Of a DNA stretch of 64,000 nucleotides, positions 1 to 15,090 are shown piece after piece (positions within the stretch are counted from its first letter, which is position 1; every line of letters starts with the position of its first letter). Source of the stretch: Octopus vulgaris (Eukaryota); NCBI GenBank assembly GCA_951406725.2, contig OX597816.1, positions 127,782,001 through 127,846,000 of the forward strand. Direction: 5' to 3'. A program made the position numbers and the translations under genes. The notes beneath the pieces are model-generated. The model did not search any database. It was not told the origin of the DNA and saw only the letters and a program-made list of their open reading frames with translations.

Positions 1-1437
1 CTTAATCTTCATGTCTTAATTTGCATGCTGGCTTTATCATTAGTTTTATTATTTTATCAGTTCATAACTTGTGAGATAACTTATAATTATAATGATCTTT
101 AGTTTTTTCTTATGCATCTATTCCAAATGGTACACAGTACACTTTTGTTATCTAACACACATTGTTCCTTCACATTATATATTGAAACCAGTGCATGCAC
201 ATACTCACAGATCCTCTCATTCATGTACTAATCAGTACCTCTAATAGCCAGTCAGCCTTTCTCTTTGTTTACAGTCAGTCTCTCCTGTCCATATTGCATG
301 CAAATTTAATAGATCTTACTTGTTCTTTTCCAGTTGCTGCATTGTTATTTATCACAGACATGTCACATATCTTTAGTATCTAAAGATGATCATCACATAG
401 AACTTAAATTCACAAACCTCACTGGTTTTTATCTCTTGCATTAACTGGATTACTATATGTAGGATATGATTATTCTCTTCTATACTCACTATACATCATT
501 TTCCTGTTCTCTGTTTGCATATCATCAAGAATGACTACATTATTGATTTCTCAGTACCTTTTTCCACCAGGTGTACCAGAAACAAAATTCCTTTATTACT
601 TTCATGATCAGCTTGAAACCTTTTCATTTAGGCCTCTGATATTCTATAATTTCATGCAATCTGATTGGATAGGAAAATGTTAACAACAAGGTTAGGTATT
701 GAATTTTCTCTCAGTTTTTCCATTGATCATCAATCTCTATCACACGGATTTAAGTTAAGTATGTTTTCTAAGTTGACAAATGTAGAATACAATCGTTTTC
801 TATTTTAGCTGAGACAGGTTCCTAATACTGTCTTTCTGGTTGTGGTATAAAATACATTTGTAATGCATGAGTTTTTATTTTTAACACAAAATTCTACCAT
901 CTTTATAACTTCATCTTATTATATTATTATTATTATTGTTGTTGTTATTAACTTTATTATTTATTTTTTTGTTTTGTTTTTAAAGCTCTCATACTTCTAA
1001 CAACATTTAACAGAAGCAGTTTAATGTTATATTGACATCTCAATGACAGTGGATACCCTACTACTTAACTAACCTTATAATCTGATTATTTAAGTCAGTG
1101 CCCAACAGCACTGATTCAACTGTACTTGATCCTGAAGTTGTTAAATGTCTTCAGTTCTCTTTTCTGTATTTCTAACTATTTTATTAATTTATTAATAGTT
1201 AACCTTTGGGATCACTAATACAAACATTTTCTGTTATATGTATCAAATATTTTAATATATTTCTATTTTCTTTCCCCTTTTTTACATCTCTGTACCTTTA
1301 ATCTCAAATTCTCTCTCAATATCATCATACTGTCAAAATAATGTGTGCACTAAAATGCTTATTTAACCTTGATTCTTTGCAGACAGTTTCAAGTCATTTA
1401 TATAGAGGATTATTTTATGTTGTCTACATCTAATTAA

Positions 1438-1480
1438 CGGTGGTGCATCAGCATGACTGCAGCTCTGAGCTGAAACTAGA
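1438..1480 (+). mobile_element. Diverged 3'-terminal remnant related to the LINE tail
   Basis: cggtggtgcatcagcatgactgcagctctgagctgaaactaga resembles tggcggtgccccagcatggccacagctcataagctgaaactaga at 40991-41034. Confidence 0.65.
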
Positions 1481-3389
1481 GAGAAAAAGAAAATATGTTC
1501 ATGTTTTAGCTATTCATAATAGCAGTTTTAAAATTCGTTATATTACTACAAAAAATAAGGAAGACAAACTATCACCCTGAAAAATTCCTCTATTGGTCTT
1601 ATACCTCCTACCTTTACTCCAGAGTAGGATAATTTTGCTTTATTTTGGCCAACTGGGAATCTCTGCTACTCTTTCCTTCTCTAGGCATCTTATTATGTTA
1701 AAATTAGGAATCCTGTCATTGTACTTTTTATTAATCAATCAGGTCTGTGTAATCCTGTGATCTTAGATTTATCAATTATTAATTTATCCTAAATGCATAT
1801 ATCTTTCCTCTGGTATCCTTTCTGATAAAGTGATGATGTAATCTATCTATCTGTCTGTCTGTCTGCCTGTCTAACCATCCATCTGTCCATTTGTCTATCT
1901 GTCTGTCTGTCTGTCCACTTTAGCTATTATAACAGTCAGTTGTATTTTTTGAGAGAAATATGTCATTAGTTAAGGCGCCCATAGGTGATACATATTGACC
2001 TGCCAATTTTTCTCAGGTCATTTCATACCATCTTAAAAAAGGAGAGTCACATTGGATAGTAGGAGGGTTACAGTGGCTATACAAAAAGATGGAATGATCA
2101 GGACTGTAATGCCTTTGGTTATAGATCTGTTTGATCTAATAGGGCCAAACACTAACAATATGTTGTCATTCTAACTGTTAGCTGTATTTTCTTTTTAGCT
2201 CCCTTAAAGTTTTCTGTATGACAGAATATTGTTTATTTTCCCAGATATTTTTCCTTATAATAGGAAGGGAATTTTGTTTATAACAAACATTCTTGTAATT
2301 CTTCAATACTATGGGCTTTACTGATCATTATTTAATTACAATTTCATAATGAGCTGCTGTTTTGTCATTATAAAGTCTGCTTGTTTACCACTGGCTGTAT
2401 TTTCTGCAGTATTTAGCATTTTTTTCTTTGCTCTATATTTTGTTCTAATGCTGTTCACATTCTTCAGTATTAAGGGTGACCTTTTCATTGTTCCAGTCCA
2501 TGTTTATCTTGTGGTAATACCACCTTTGTTGTATGCAAAATATAATTCTGTCTGTTATTTTGTGTGTCCTATGCTGCAATATTTCATTTTAGTTGTATAG
2601 ACCATGAATCCTTACTTAAGGTTACAAGTTTTTTTGCATCTCAAGAAATCAAGCACTGCAAAGATTCTAGTTCTATTCTGATATCTCTGTAACACACTTA
2701 ACTGCCACTGCAATATTTTGAGGTTATTGTGATTCATCTCTTTCACAAAGAGTTTAATTTTTGTTAGTGATTTGCTCCTCTTTCTAATTTCCCTGTTATG
2801 CATATTCAAAAGCATTTAGAAGCTTGTTCATCTGTGTTAGATGATCAAATCTAATATAGTATTAATTTTGTCTGAGATTGCATTCAACTTTTGTTTTACA
2901 CATCTTTACTTTTCCAAGTTCTTAATCTTTGAAATTTTCCTCTTTAAGTATGTTCTGTTTTAAGATATATTCTCTTTTGTCACTTCCTAATGTATCAGTA
3001 GTCAGTTCACCTTTCATCCTAATTGGTTTCTTAGGTATATTATCTAGTTTCTTACTATTTTTCATAGTTCAGTTTTTTATCGTTATTTTTTATTGTTACT
3101 TTTGCTTTCTTGTTATAAAAAGTGGATTTACAGAATCAGTAGAGTTTCAAACAAAATGCCTTGCAGTATGTAGTAACATTGTTGCACCTTCTGGGTAAGA
3201 AGCTTTTCTCCTTATCATGTTGATAGTATAGGTGTTAGTCAAATACTGTGGCAATTTAATACACTATTCCCTACTCTAAAATTTATTATTTCTAATAATT
3301 GTTTTAAAATTTCAGCGCAATGCCTTATTGAACATTTGCTTCAACAAGAAATCTTATTCTTAATTTTCAAAATGCTGTATATTATTATA

Positions 3390-5000
3390 TTAACAGAGTA
3401 GTTAGCAAATATTTATCATCATGGATAAAGCTTTCACTTCTACATCAATATCCATGGACTTTGGTTTGGCTTCAGTTCAACTTACTATCACCTATCAGCA
3501 TAGAAGTATCATCTTTTATTTCCTCTGAGACACAACACTCTCATCTCATATCTGTGTCTCATCTTTATATTCCATCTCTTTAGCTTACTCTTTTTACAAC
3601 CAGCAATTATTTGACTTCTTCTAATCCCACATCAGGGAAATGTATTTCAACTTACATCTCTCTAATGCCATAATCTTTGCTGACTTCATTGCACACAAAT
3701 CCCATTAGCTCTAACCCTCTCCTGATACAATCAAAGATAATGCGAATGCGAAATAGTTGGACTTCCTCAACTATCTTCACTGTTCAGTGTCTTTATACTT
3801 ACATGTATCCCTGACCATCATAGCAACTACTATAACATCCTTGACCTCTTCCTCATATTTTCTCAGCCATTGCTGTTTCTGCTTTCATCATAGTATCTGA
3901 ACACAGCTTAATCAACAGAAACTACATAATCAAAACACAATCGTTACCAAAGCACAATCAATGCCAAAGAAAATATCTTGTAGCAATAGCCTCTTTCCCT
4001 ACTCTTGAATAACCTTTTATACTACAGACACAAGGCCTGAAATTTGGGGGAGAAGTAGTCAATTACATCAACCTCAGTACTCAACTGGTACTTATTTTAT
4101 TGACCCCGAAAGGATGAAAGGCAAAGTTGACCTTGGCAGAATTTGAACTCAGAATGTGAAGACAGATAAAATACTGCTAATCATTTTGCCTGGCGTGCTA
4201 ATGATTCTTTTCTACTCTAGGCACAAGGCACTAAATTTTTGGGGAAGGGGCCAGTTGATTAGACCAACTCCAGTACAGAATTGGTATTTAATTTATTGAC
4301 CCCAAAAGGACGAAAGGCAAAGTCGACCTTGGCGGAATTCGAACTCAGAACATGAAGATATACTGCTTAGCATTTTGCCCAGCATGCTAACATTTCTGCC
4401 AGCTCACTGCCTTCCTACTCTTGAATAATATCACAAAGACTCTCAACTTTGCTTCAGATGACAATCTCACAATTAGTGATCGTTGTTCATGGGGACCACA
4501 TATGTGTATTATTGAGTGGGAAGTGCATTCCAAAAGCTAGGTTTTCTCTTCATGATTAGGCTCTACAATGCAACACCTAGAGTATTCTTCACATATCTTG
4601 TATGTAACAGCTACTTCAGATACAGATTTTATCCTAGATATTTATTTTATAAAAATAGACATTCAGCCATTCACCAACTCAATCAATAACCCACAGAGAT
4701 GGTTATTCTTATTTCTCTACTCTTCTACCGTCATTATAAGAAGATGTGTTCCTTCAGTCTAGCTAACTATGAATCACCTCTGCCCAAGCCCACCTTATGT
4801 ATGGGTGTTACCACCTCTCATTAATCCACCTGTGTGTCACCCAACAAAACCCATATTAGTTTTCCTCAAAGCTTCCTTTGTGGGGCTGCTATTTGCTAAA
4901 AACAGAGTCTCTACTCATATATTTCTCTACTTATATTCCAACAGAACATCAACTACTTTGAGCTCATATACTTGCGGGAGGGAATGCCAAACATTTGCTT
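3390..5000 (+). mobile_element. Highly decayed LINE (RTEX-like), interrupted by a SINE dimer
   Basis: Fragmentary motifs appear in colinear order: SETQ (~3525), IFADF.AH (~3675), PD....NILDLFL (~3810-3855), LEYSSHI (~4580), and a LFYR.Y...CS..LA-like stretch (~4720-4770). Confidence 0.5.
4013..4413 (-). mobile_element. Two tandem or nested tRNA-derived SINEs (Deu/Nin-like central domain) within one target-site duplication
   Basis: Two copies of actggtacttatttt.tgacccc.aaagga.gaaaggcaaagt.gaccttggc.gaatt.gaactcagaa (B-box gagttc.aa on the minus strand). A 15-bp direct repeat, cctactcttgaataa, lies at 3998-4012 and 4414-4428. Confidence 0.85.
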
Positions 5001-5362
5001 TATACTAAACATCTCAGCTCTTCTAAAGAGAAGGTATTTCTCACAGAAAGTACTCAGTAAGTTTATATAAACATAATTTATGTAATCATTTATATAGCAC
5101 GTATAGAAAGTTATGAGATAAATCAGAAATAACCTCAAGAAATGCAATGACACTGCATAGAGAATAAATTCCTGGTTACAGACTAAAATCTCTTAGTGAG
5201 CGGCATGTTGATACATGTACTGCAAATTATCAACTGAATTCAAAAACATTTTCTCATATATGAATGTACTGATAGAACATGTGAAGAAAAGGTAAATATG
5301 GATGGGCTACTGTGAACATATCGTCTCCCAAATTTCAATCATACATGTGTGTTTGTGTGCTA

Positions 5363-5760
<398 letters not shown>

Positions 5761-5860
5761 AGTGGAACAAGTAAAAAGAATACAAAGAAAATGCACATTA
5801 CATATAAAAAAATTAAGGATTTTTTAAAGAAAAGCAAAGATATATCCGTATAATTAGATG

Positions 5861-6335
5861 ATTTGATGTGTAATTATGAAGTATAAAATTCATTGTTATG
5901 AATCATTATGGGGATTCAAAGTCATACTGGTATCGTCAGAGTTGATCACTGACTTTGAATGAATACTGATTTCCAAACAGTGTTGGCTGTAATAGTACCT
6001 GAGTGAAAAGATTACATGCAAGGGAGGTAAGCTGTTCTGAAAGTGATGCTATTAATTAAGATAGATATAAATACTGGAATATGAATGGTGTATGAGGTGT
6101 ATGGAGAATAGTGGGATTAAATGGTGTATGGGATGTATAGAGATTAGTGGGATTAAATATCATCCACAACTCAACATGAACAAAACTTTTCACTCAGGTA
6201 CTATTAGACCCAACAACATTTGGAAATCAGTGTCCATTCAAAGTCAGCGATCAGCTCTGTCTATACCGGTATGACAGTGAATCTCTATAATGATTCATAA
6301 TAGTGATTTTTATACTTCATAATTACACATTAAAT
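5861..6335. repeat. Inverted repeat with ~150-bp arms (5861-6010 / 6186-6335), probable PLE inverted-end remnant
   Basis: The arms are reverse complements with scattered mismatches (e.g. aatagtacctgagtgaaaag / cttttcactcaggtactatt). The spacer contains a 36-bp tandem dimer. Confidence 0.8.
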
Positions 6336-6384
6336 AATTTAATTGTATGTATATATATATATACACACACACATATATATATAT

Positions 6385-6417
<33 letters not shown>

Positions 6418-6428
6418 ATACATATGTA

Positions 6429-6461
<33 letters not shown>

Positions 6462-6543
6462 TTACACACACACACATATATATATATATATATGCATATA
6501 TATACATATGTATCTATACATATATATATATATAAATACATTT

Positions 6544-6588
<45 letters not shown>

Positions 6589-6938
6589 AAAACATACATA
6601 TGCATGTATACATATATTTATATACATACATGAATCTACAGAATATAAATATAGTGTTCAGTTTGGGTCTGCCTATCAACCTTTGCTGGTAACTGACAAT
6701 GTGATTACATTACTTGTTTCTCTTCATGATCTGGCATTACGTGGTAATTATGCTATCACCTATGTAACGTTTACCACATGGTATTCTAGCATACGGCAGT
6801 GAAGCGCAGGTACAATATATGTGAAGTATGATGTGATAAAAATTTTAAATGAATTGCTTGTTTTATCCTGATCTTTTGTATATGTATCTATATCTATGTG
6901 TGTCTATACATATATCTGCATATGTATATATATTATGC

Positions 6939-7112
6939 AATGTACACAGTATACAGTTATGAGCTACTAATAGTTTCATACCTTGGAGATGTATTCTAGG
7001 CAAGTTTTAAGAACACACCCTGTGTCTCCAAACAATCTTTAAGGCATGTTATTAAAACTTGCCTAGACTACATCTCCAACTAATAGTAGCTCATAACTAT
7101 ACTATGTACATT
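6939..7112. repeat. Fold-back hairpin, ~66-77-bp arms, ~31-nt loop
   Basis: agttatgagctacta...ttggagatgtattctaggcaagttttaa pairs with ttaaaacttgcctagactacatctccaa...tagtagctcataact. Confidence 0.85.
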
Positions 7113-7249
7113 AAATATTATTTGTTTCTCACTGGATGAAGTACTTTTTTTTGTTGACCTTACAGTAAGATAAAAGTAAATTTTGTACATATATATAATA
7201 AATATATATATATATGTATGTACAAGCACACACGCACACATACACTAAG

Positions 7250-7906
<657 letters not shown>

Positions 7907-10810
7907 TGTCTATATATATAGCTGTGTATATATGATTCTTTCAGGAAGAATGATTCTTAAAGCACACATAGCTATGAATAATAGCATGTAAATTTGGGGT
8001 TGAAATACCCTTTTGGATACAGAAGTCAAAGGCAAGTCTTAATGAATTTTATGACATAATATACTTCAATACTCTGTACACATAAGCACACACAACTATA
8101 AAGCATGGCCATATCTATAGTTGTATAATTATGCTCAAATTCATCAGCATAGTGGAACTTTTCTGAAGATCGATTTTGTTGGAATGAAGATATGTCTGGT
8201 AGGTTTCAGTATTGGTTGGTCTCTAAAATCTTGTTTGGCTTTGAAATCAGTAGCATTTTCATTTAGGCATAGTTTGATGTTTCTGTATTGCCTTTGTCTT
8301 ATTAGAATATATGAAGATTATTCCTGATGATGAAAGATGTATTTAAGAGTAACAAATATCACTTGCGAATAGAATGCTGAATTTAAAATCAACAGAAATT
8401 AATGGTTGTGCTATAGTTGTAGATAGAAACATATTGAATATGTTGGAATTAGAAGTTCACGGATTAAAAATAGACAAAAATTTGGATGATAAATCTTGGT
8501 GGATACAGCATAGACTGAATGTTGCAAAGGTAACTTCAGCAAAACAGCAGTGTCTGACAAAGGTTATTTTGTTGTGTAATCCACCGAAAGAGATATTAGC
8601 CATACATTGTAAATTATTTTCTTAATATCAAGTGTAGCAGGTGGTTGTCATATATGTGCACACTTCCATATGAATTCATATGCAGACAGACACACACATG
8701 CACTTTTCTAGAAAGTATTGTGGACAGAGAAACATATGTCTGTATACATAATGTGTTTACTCAGTGTAACAGATGTTTGTCTTGAAATATTGAATCAAAT
8801 AAAACACTGATAAATGAAATAATAGATGTGACAGAAGTTTATTTTTAACAGTAATATTCATGATGAAAATAAATGATTCCTGTCTAATAAAAATTTGGTA
8901 CTAGCAAAAAGCTTCCATATTTGTCATAATATATGAAGAGTCAAAATATCATGAACGAAAGTAAAGTGATAGAGTAAAATCAATATAACACAAAGGAAGT
9001 AACATTAGATTGACTGAGATAGTATTACGGAAGAACATTTTTTTTTATTTAAAAAAAATATTAGTTCATTATATGCTTGAGGTATAAACTTTTTTTATTT
9101 TTAATAAAAGGATGCACAGATCCATTTTAGATTTTTTTGTGTGTAAATAAAATAAAAATAGGTGTAAAGTCAAGTGAGTGTTTTCATAATCTTTTAATAT
9201 AATGACAGTACTATGAAAACTTAAAAAGTCGGAAGGTGTATAATTTGGAATTAAAAATATAATAAAACAAAAGCTAAAGGAAAATGCAAAATGTCACTGA
9301 TTGACAGCTTGTTATATTTGATGGACAGTAAAAATAACTCTAAAACAAAAAGATGAAAACTAGAAACAAATAGAAAATAGAAACTACTATTTTGAAAGGA
9401 AAACAAAACTCCTGGAAAGTTTCAATTTTTGTGCTTCATTAATTTCGTTCATTTTCTTGATCTAAAAAATATAATAACATTACTAAGAAAATATAAAATA
9501 ATATAGAACAATATAAAACAATTGGAACATATATCTAAAATGATCTATTGATCAATTCACAGCAAGGCTTCTAAGCTTTTTCCGAGGTAATTTTAACGCT
9601 AGATATGTAACTCTTTGTTGAACAAAGAATTTCTCTTGATGATTGCAATACTGATTAAGATCTTTTTTGGTTGAAATTATTTACTTCTTCAATTAATTTA
9701 ACATAAGGACATCCCTTGATTTAAAAATAATTAGAACTGTTTCTTGAAAAATAGATCTTCTAGATTCTTGGCCTACTCAAATTAGATTTCAATATATAAT
9801 CCAATATCATATCGATGTTCATAAAAATGTCAATTACTAACTTGACGTCTCTTAAATATCATATATAATATATTTGGACATAGAGAACTCCTAAATAAGG
9901 AACTATAGAATAGATTGGATTATAAAAAAAAAAATTAGCAAAAATAAGACCCTTTATGTTGTAAATTTTATTTTCAGTTTTTAGTTCTAGGAAATAAGTT
10001 AAATTAATAAATATAGATAGATTCCTAAATCATCTGTCTCAGATGTTACAGTAACTCACTTTTTTTTTTCAGTGATTAGAAAATTTTTTTTTTCCACTTT
10101 AATTTATAATTTCTTATATCTGTATTCTTTCCAACCACTGAATATATATTGCAGTCATGTTGGTTCTCTACTCTTTAGCATTCAAATTATTCTGTTAAAT
10201 TTAATGCTTATTTATTCACATTGTTTTGAACTAATTATGCATTATTTCATAGCTTCATGATTTTGATGATATGAGTATTTATTTTTAGAAGGATATTGTA
10301 GGTAGGTGTGAGAGGCCTGATCTACCTGGCTTGAACATAAAACATCTGGGATATTTGGGCCAAATATGGCCAATTTAAATGCTGAAGGGTTAAGGATATT
10401 TATGAGCTTTTAAAAATCAATATATTATTGTTCCATCGAGTTTCTCAATTCTATTTGAAAATTTATAATTGGAACATTTTCAATCTATGAAACTTTTATA
10501 TGAGACTTTTATATTTAGGAATACATCAAATATGTAACGCTGTCATTGAGCAATTTTGCAAAACATGAATACATACACAATTATGTTAGACCATTTGCCA
10601 CACACAGTAGCCTATTATACATTTTATTTTTGGTTTCTTCATTTTTCATAACATTAACATTTAAAACTATATGAATATAAGTACAATTAACTAGAAGAAA
10701 ACTGAGTTAAGCATCAAAATGTATATATGATAGTTGTTTTAATTATTTTTCATTGTTATATTGAAAGAAGATTGAAGAGATAGATATTTGCATTTTGCAT
10801 TCACATTCAG

Positions 10811-10885
10811 CAAACAGACTAGAGTATCCCATTAAAGACATCCCTGATACGAGCAATTGCTTCAAATATCTAGTTTTTGGCAAAG
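10811..10885 (+). CDS. Candidate 75-nt phase 1-1 exon of an unidentified host gene (xNRLEYPIKDIPDTSNCFKYLVFGK)
   Basis: ttttgcattcacattcAG acceptor, aaag|GTaata donor, open frame, length divisible by 3. No homology recognised. Confidence 0.25.
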
Positions 10886-12310
10886 GTAATATATTGGAAG
10901 AGTAAAGGACATTACAGTAATATTTATAGAAGATGCATGACAATAGGCCAAAGAGGATGAGCAATGGTGAATTTTAAGATAAGCTACCAAAGATTGCAAT
11001 ATAAGAGCAATTTTATTGTATAGGCATTCTTGTATTTTATAGAATGTCAGCTACTGCTTAGAATTAAAATACTTCTTGCTTGAGTTTCAGTTTAATTTTG
11101 TATTTAAGTTTGACAATCTTAGCATCTTTGTTCATCTCTGATCCCAAATAATCAAGTGAAAACTAAAAGTGCAAAACAAAACTTAAAATTCTAATAAGAA
11201 GCATCCTTGCTAGAACATTCATGCTGAGTTAAAGGTTTGGCAGTTTGTATCTTCTTAATGGTATTACTGTGTCCAATATATAAATGAAGCCAAATCCATC
11301 CAGATATAAATTAGATGAGATAGAAAGGTATCAGCAATTTAAGCAATAGCAGCATTTTTTTTTTTTTTAGAGAGGGTTATAAAACTCTCTACCAAAAACT
11401 TTAACCTTATCTTGAAAATGGCATCAGTCCAGATGTTCTTTTTTTTTATTCCTTTGCAACTGAAAATTACTATGGTCAGTTTCACTGCTCTAACCAACCT
11501 TTTGATTGACCTACCTCTACTGTTGATACTATCTACTAACAATTCATGGTACTGCTTCCAGCTGTTACTTCCAAAACATAAAATTTATCTTTACTATGCT
11601 AGACATGTCTGCATATTGATAAGATATGGAACACTTGAAGTACTGTTGAGATAAATGGCTGAAGCAAATAATTCCTCCTGAAATAATTTACATAAAATTA
11701 GTTGGCTATATCTCATGAACATATTTTTATGTCATGAATGAATATTTTTAGCCTTGTCTTTTTTTTTCTTTCTATCGGGCATTCAAGATAGTAATTTCAT
11801 TGTGCAGAAAGTTATTCAGTTTTGCTTGTGTTTGCAGTCTCAATATTTAACATTTTAAATACCAAAAATATACATTTCATATCTCTGATTAGTATGTCTC
11901 ACTTAAAGGACAGAGCTACCTAGAAATCACTTTAGAATAACTTACAGGTTTAACACTAAGTATATGTTATGCTTCTGATCTAAAACTACATTTGTCATGT
12001 AGTAGTTGATTAATCAAAGGTTCTAGAGTAGCCTTAGTGGGCATAACAAACTGGTTAAGTATGTAACAATCTAACCTCTTTCTTTCTGAGAAGATGACAC
12101 TGAGTCTAGATGTATCAAGGCAATTGATATTACAGTTATTTGTGTGCCTTTTGATTCAAATTTGTCTCAAAAATGAGTGTAAGCACTATCTAGGGATGTG
12201 TTCTAAGAGTGTTTTAGAGGACTCCTGGTAGGTTCAGGCATTTGTTGGTGAATTCAAATGTTAGCTGATTTGGAAATAATTCAGTCATGAACTGTATAAG
12301 GGTTTCAATA

Positions 12311-12625
12311 TCATCATCATCATCATCGTTTAACGTCTGCTTTCCACGCTAGCATGGGTTGGACGATTTGACTGAGGGCTGGCAAACCAGATGGCTGCAC
12401 CAGGCTTCAGTCTTGATCTGGCAGAGTTTCTACAGCTGGATGCCCTTCCTAATGCCAACCACTCCAAGAGTATAGTAGGTGCTTTTATGTGCCACCGGCA
12501 CGGGGGCCAGTCAGGCGGTACTGGCAACGATCACTGGTACTGTATACTGGTACTCAAATCTTTTTACACATGCCACCAGCACAGGTGCCAGTAAGGCAAT
12601 GCTGGTAATGATCACTGGTACTGTA
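12311..12625 (-). mobile_element. (GAT)n-tailed SINE, 3' part
   Basis: (cat)n cgtttaacgtctgctttccacgctagcatgggttggacg...ctggatgcccttcctaatgccaacc; same family as 47507-47815. Confidence 0.85.
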
Positions 12626-12779
12626 TACACCAAGCCTAAATCAACTGTGTTATGCAATACAGTTGTTACTGTTATGATTGAATGAATCATTTACTCTCAT
12701 TAACACATCTACACTATGTAGATCTAGTCTAACAGTTTGTAATAACATGCTTAATAACTAGCTGATATATACAAATCTT

Positions 12780-13350
12780 ATCTATAACTTTCAGCAAGTA
12801 ACTATAAGTCTGGATAATTTAGCATGCTCCTGGCCATAAAAAGAAAACTATAACTAGGATATATTTGCCATTGAAGATAAAGTGGCAGCAATGATCGCAT
12901 CAGGAAATCTAAATCCATACACAGTTGTAAAGTTAAAATTATCTCAGAAAAATCAGTACAACTCATTAAAAATCACCACCAAACAATCTAGAAAACTATA
13001 ATAGCAGAGAATTATTAGAAAATTTAATGAAAAATTGGAACTACTATCAATATTATTTAGAAAATCACTCATTCCCTTATTACCAAGTATTCGCAGTCTT
13101 CTTCTAAAGCAGCTCCAATCAAGTAAACCTTGAAAGAACATTCAGCACATTAAATAATAAATTCAATATACTACAACAAAATCCAGTAAAATCTTCCAAA
13201 AAAGCAAGCTTTTACCAATAACTAATCTTGATAAATGAGATCTACACTAAAACCTATTTGAAGTTGTTGACTACTTTTCTCTGGCAGGTGTAGGTTGTAA
13301 GTGAGAGGAGTGGCCTACTAGATACACTTACTCCATGTGTGCAGCTAGTA
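12780..13350 (+). mobile_element. Possible very decayed Helitron 3' end
   Basis: Weak PIF1-helicase-like fragments in order (NSL...PP, IIRKF...GT, LLPSI, KQLQ), then an imperfect ggagt...actcc hairpin and CTAGT at 13345-13349. Confidence 0.3.
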
Positions 13351-14867
13351 TAACTAAAAATTAGCAATATTTTCAGTCAAAAGTTTGATATACTGTGTGG
13401 TTTAAACTGTAAGTTTTGATAATCAAATTTCTTGGAGCTTTAGTGTCTTAAATTAATCTCAAAACCCTTGTATTTTTATGATCTAAGTTGCATTAGAGAA
13501 TCAGTTAAACTGAACAATTTTTGAATTCTATAAAATTTTGAAGTAAGCCTATGTATAAAATATCAGAAAAATAATATTTTTTTAATAACATGAGCTCCAT
13601 AACATAAATCTATGGCAAAGTAGTGCTTAACTATACCAAATAATTTGATTTCTCTGAGTCCATATCTGACCAAATTTGTATCGGCCTTTCATTTGTTTCG
13701 GTTCAATCTCTGAATAAACTAGGAGAAATGATTCCGGTTTTAGTATAATACAGGTACTGAATATTCTTTATTAATGGCTTAGACATATGAGAAAGTGTAG
13801 CACCCATGACCTTTTCCGAGCTCTCTCAGACTAATGAGAAGAAAGTAGGAAGTTATCCTCAGATCAAAACCCTGGCCTAACTGTTTGTTACAAAGCATAT
13901 TCCATGAACGGTATCCAAGGACCAAATTGTTGTATTAAACTAGGTCAGAGATTATGATAAGCAACCACAACATATTGATGCACTGTGTATATGTTGCCTC
14001 AGGTTAACTTTGCAAGAATATATAACCACAACAATCTGCCTCTTTTGGATATGTTCAAATAAAATACAATGAATTAAAAGCTGAAGCAAATATAATCACA
14101 GACAACTTAATATAAAAATAACATATTCAACAGCAGTTAATTTTCAAAAAAGATATGTGTGTGTGTGTGTCTATTTGATGTGATCAATCAGTGTTATATA
14201 TTCAAATGTTTACTGGACATGTTCTCTTGTAATGTAAATTAGTAAATTAAGCCATGCTTAATTTACCCCTTTTCTCTTCAAAATACTTACCATCACCGAA
14301 TTTTAACATTTGTTACTTTTGGGGAACTAAAAATTTGAAATTCATGAGTCCATATTTTTGCACTAATTTAGATGCAAAAATATTTTGGCTTACTAGAAGC
14401 TTTCTAATTTCCTCTGCCAATTTGTAGAATGAAGAATATTCTTGCTATTAGTATTATTTTTTTCCTATTTATAAGTATTTAAATAATTTATACTGTTCCC
14501 TTGAGATTAGTGGGATTACAATCTACTGTTTCTGCAATATCTGTGTGATAAAATGAATGTGTTCAGTAAGCTATGAAGATGGTCAGGAATCAAAGTAGTC
14601 AGGGAATTGTTCACATGAGAGAAGACTAAAATTGGATGAAGTGATGAAAATTAAAGCAAACTCCTTGTTGATTGTAATCTAAGGTAGTTATCACTGAGGT
14701 AAGAATGTTAATGGAAAAATAGAAACATATACTTGTGTGTACACTAAACAAGCACATGTGTGAATGAGAAGAAAGATATGCAAATCTGACTGGCAGGAAT
14801 TGAACTATTCATTTGTAGATTTATATCTGATCTTTGTCATTTTCAGCCTAAGCTAAAATTTCTATTT

Positions 14868-15090
14868 CTTTACTACCCACAAAATCACAGAGAGGACAAA
14901 CAAGGACAGACAAACGGATTAAGTCGATTATATCAACCCCAGTGCGTAACTGGTACTTATTTAATCAACCCCAAAAGGATGAAAGGCAAAGTCGACCTCG
15001 GCGGAATTTGAACTCAGAACATAGCAGCAGACGAAATGCCGTTAAGCATTTCACCCTGTGTGCTAACGATTCTGCCAGCTCGCCGCCCTT
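14868..15090 (-). mobile_element. tRNA-derived SINE (Deu/Nin-like domain), well preserved
   Basis: The minus strand reads ggcggcgagctggcagaatcgttagcac...gagttcaaattccgccgaggtcgactttgcctttcatcc, with A and B boxes. Confidence 0.9.

Noticed and set aside
2200-3300. Possible ancient minus-strand LINE (NTILDLI-like words near 2830-2865)
   Set aside because: Only one short motif is recognisable, which is insufficient support.
14990-15090. tRNA gene
   Set aside because: The A/B-box head runs into a SINE body found many times in the window; no full cloverleaf.
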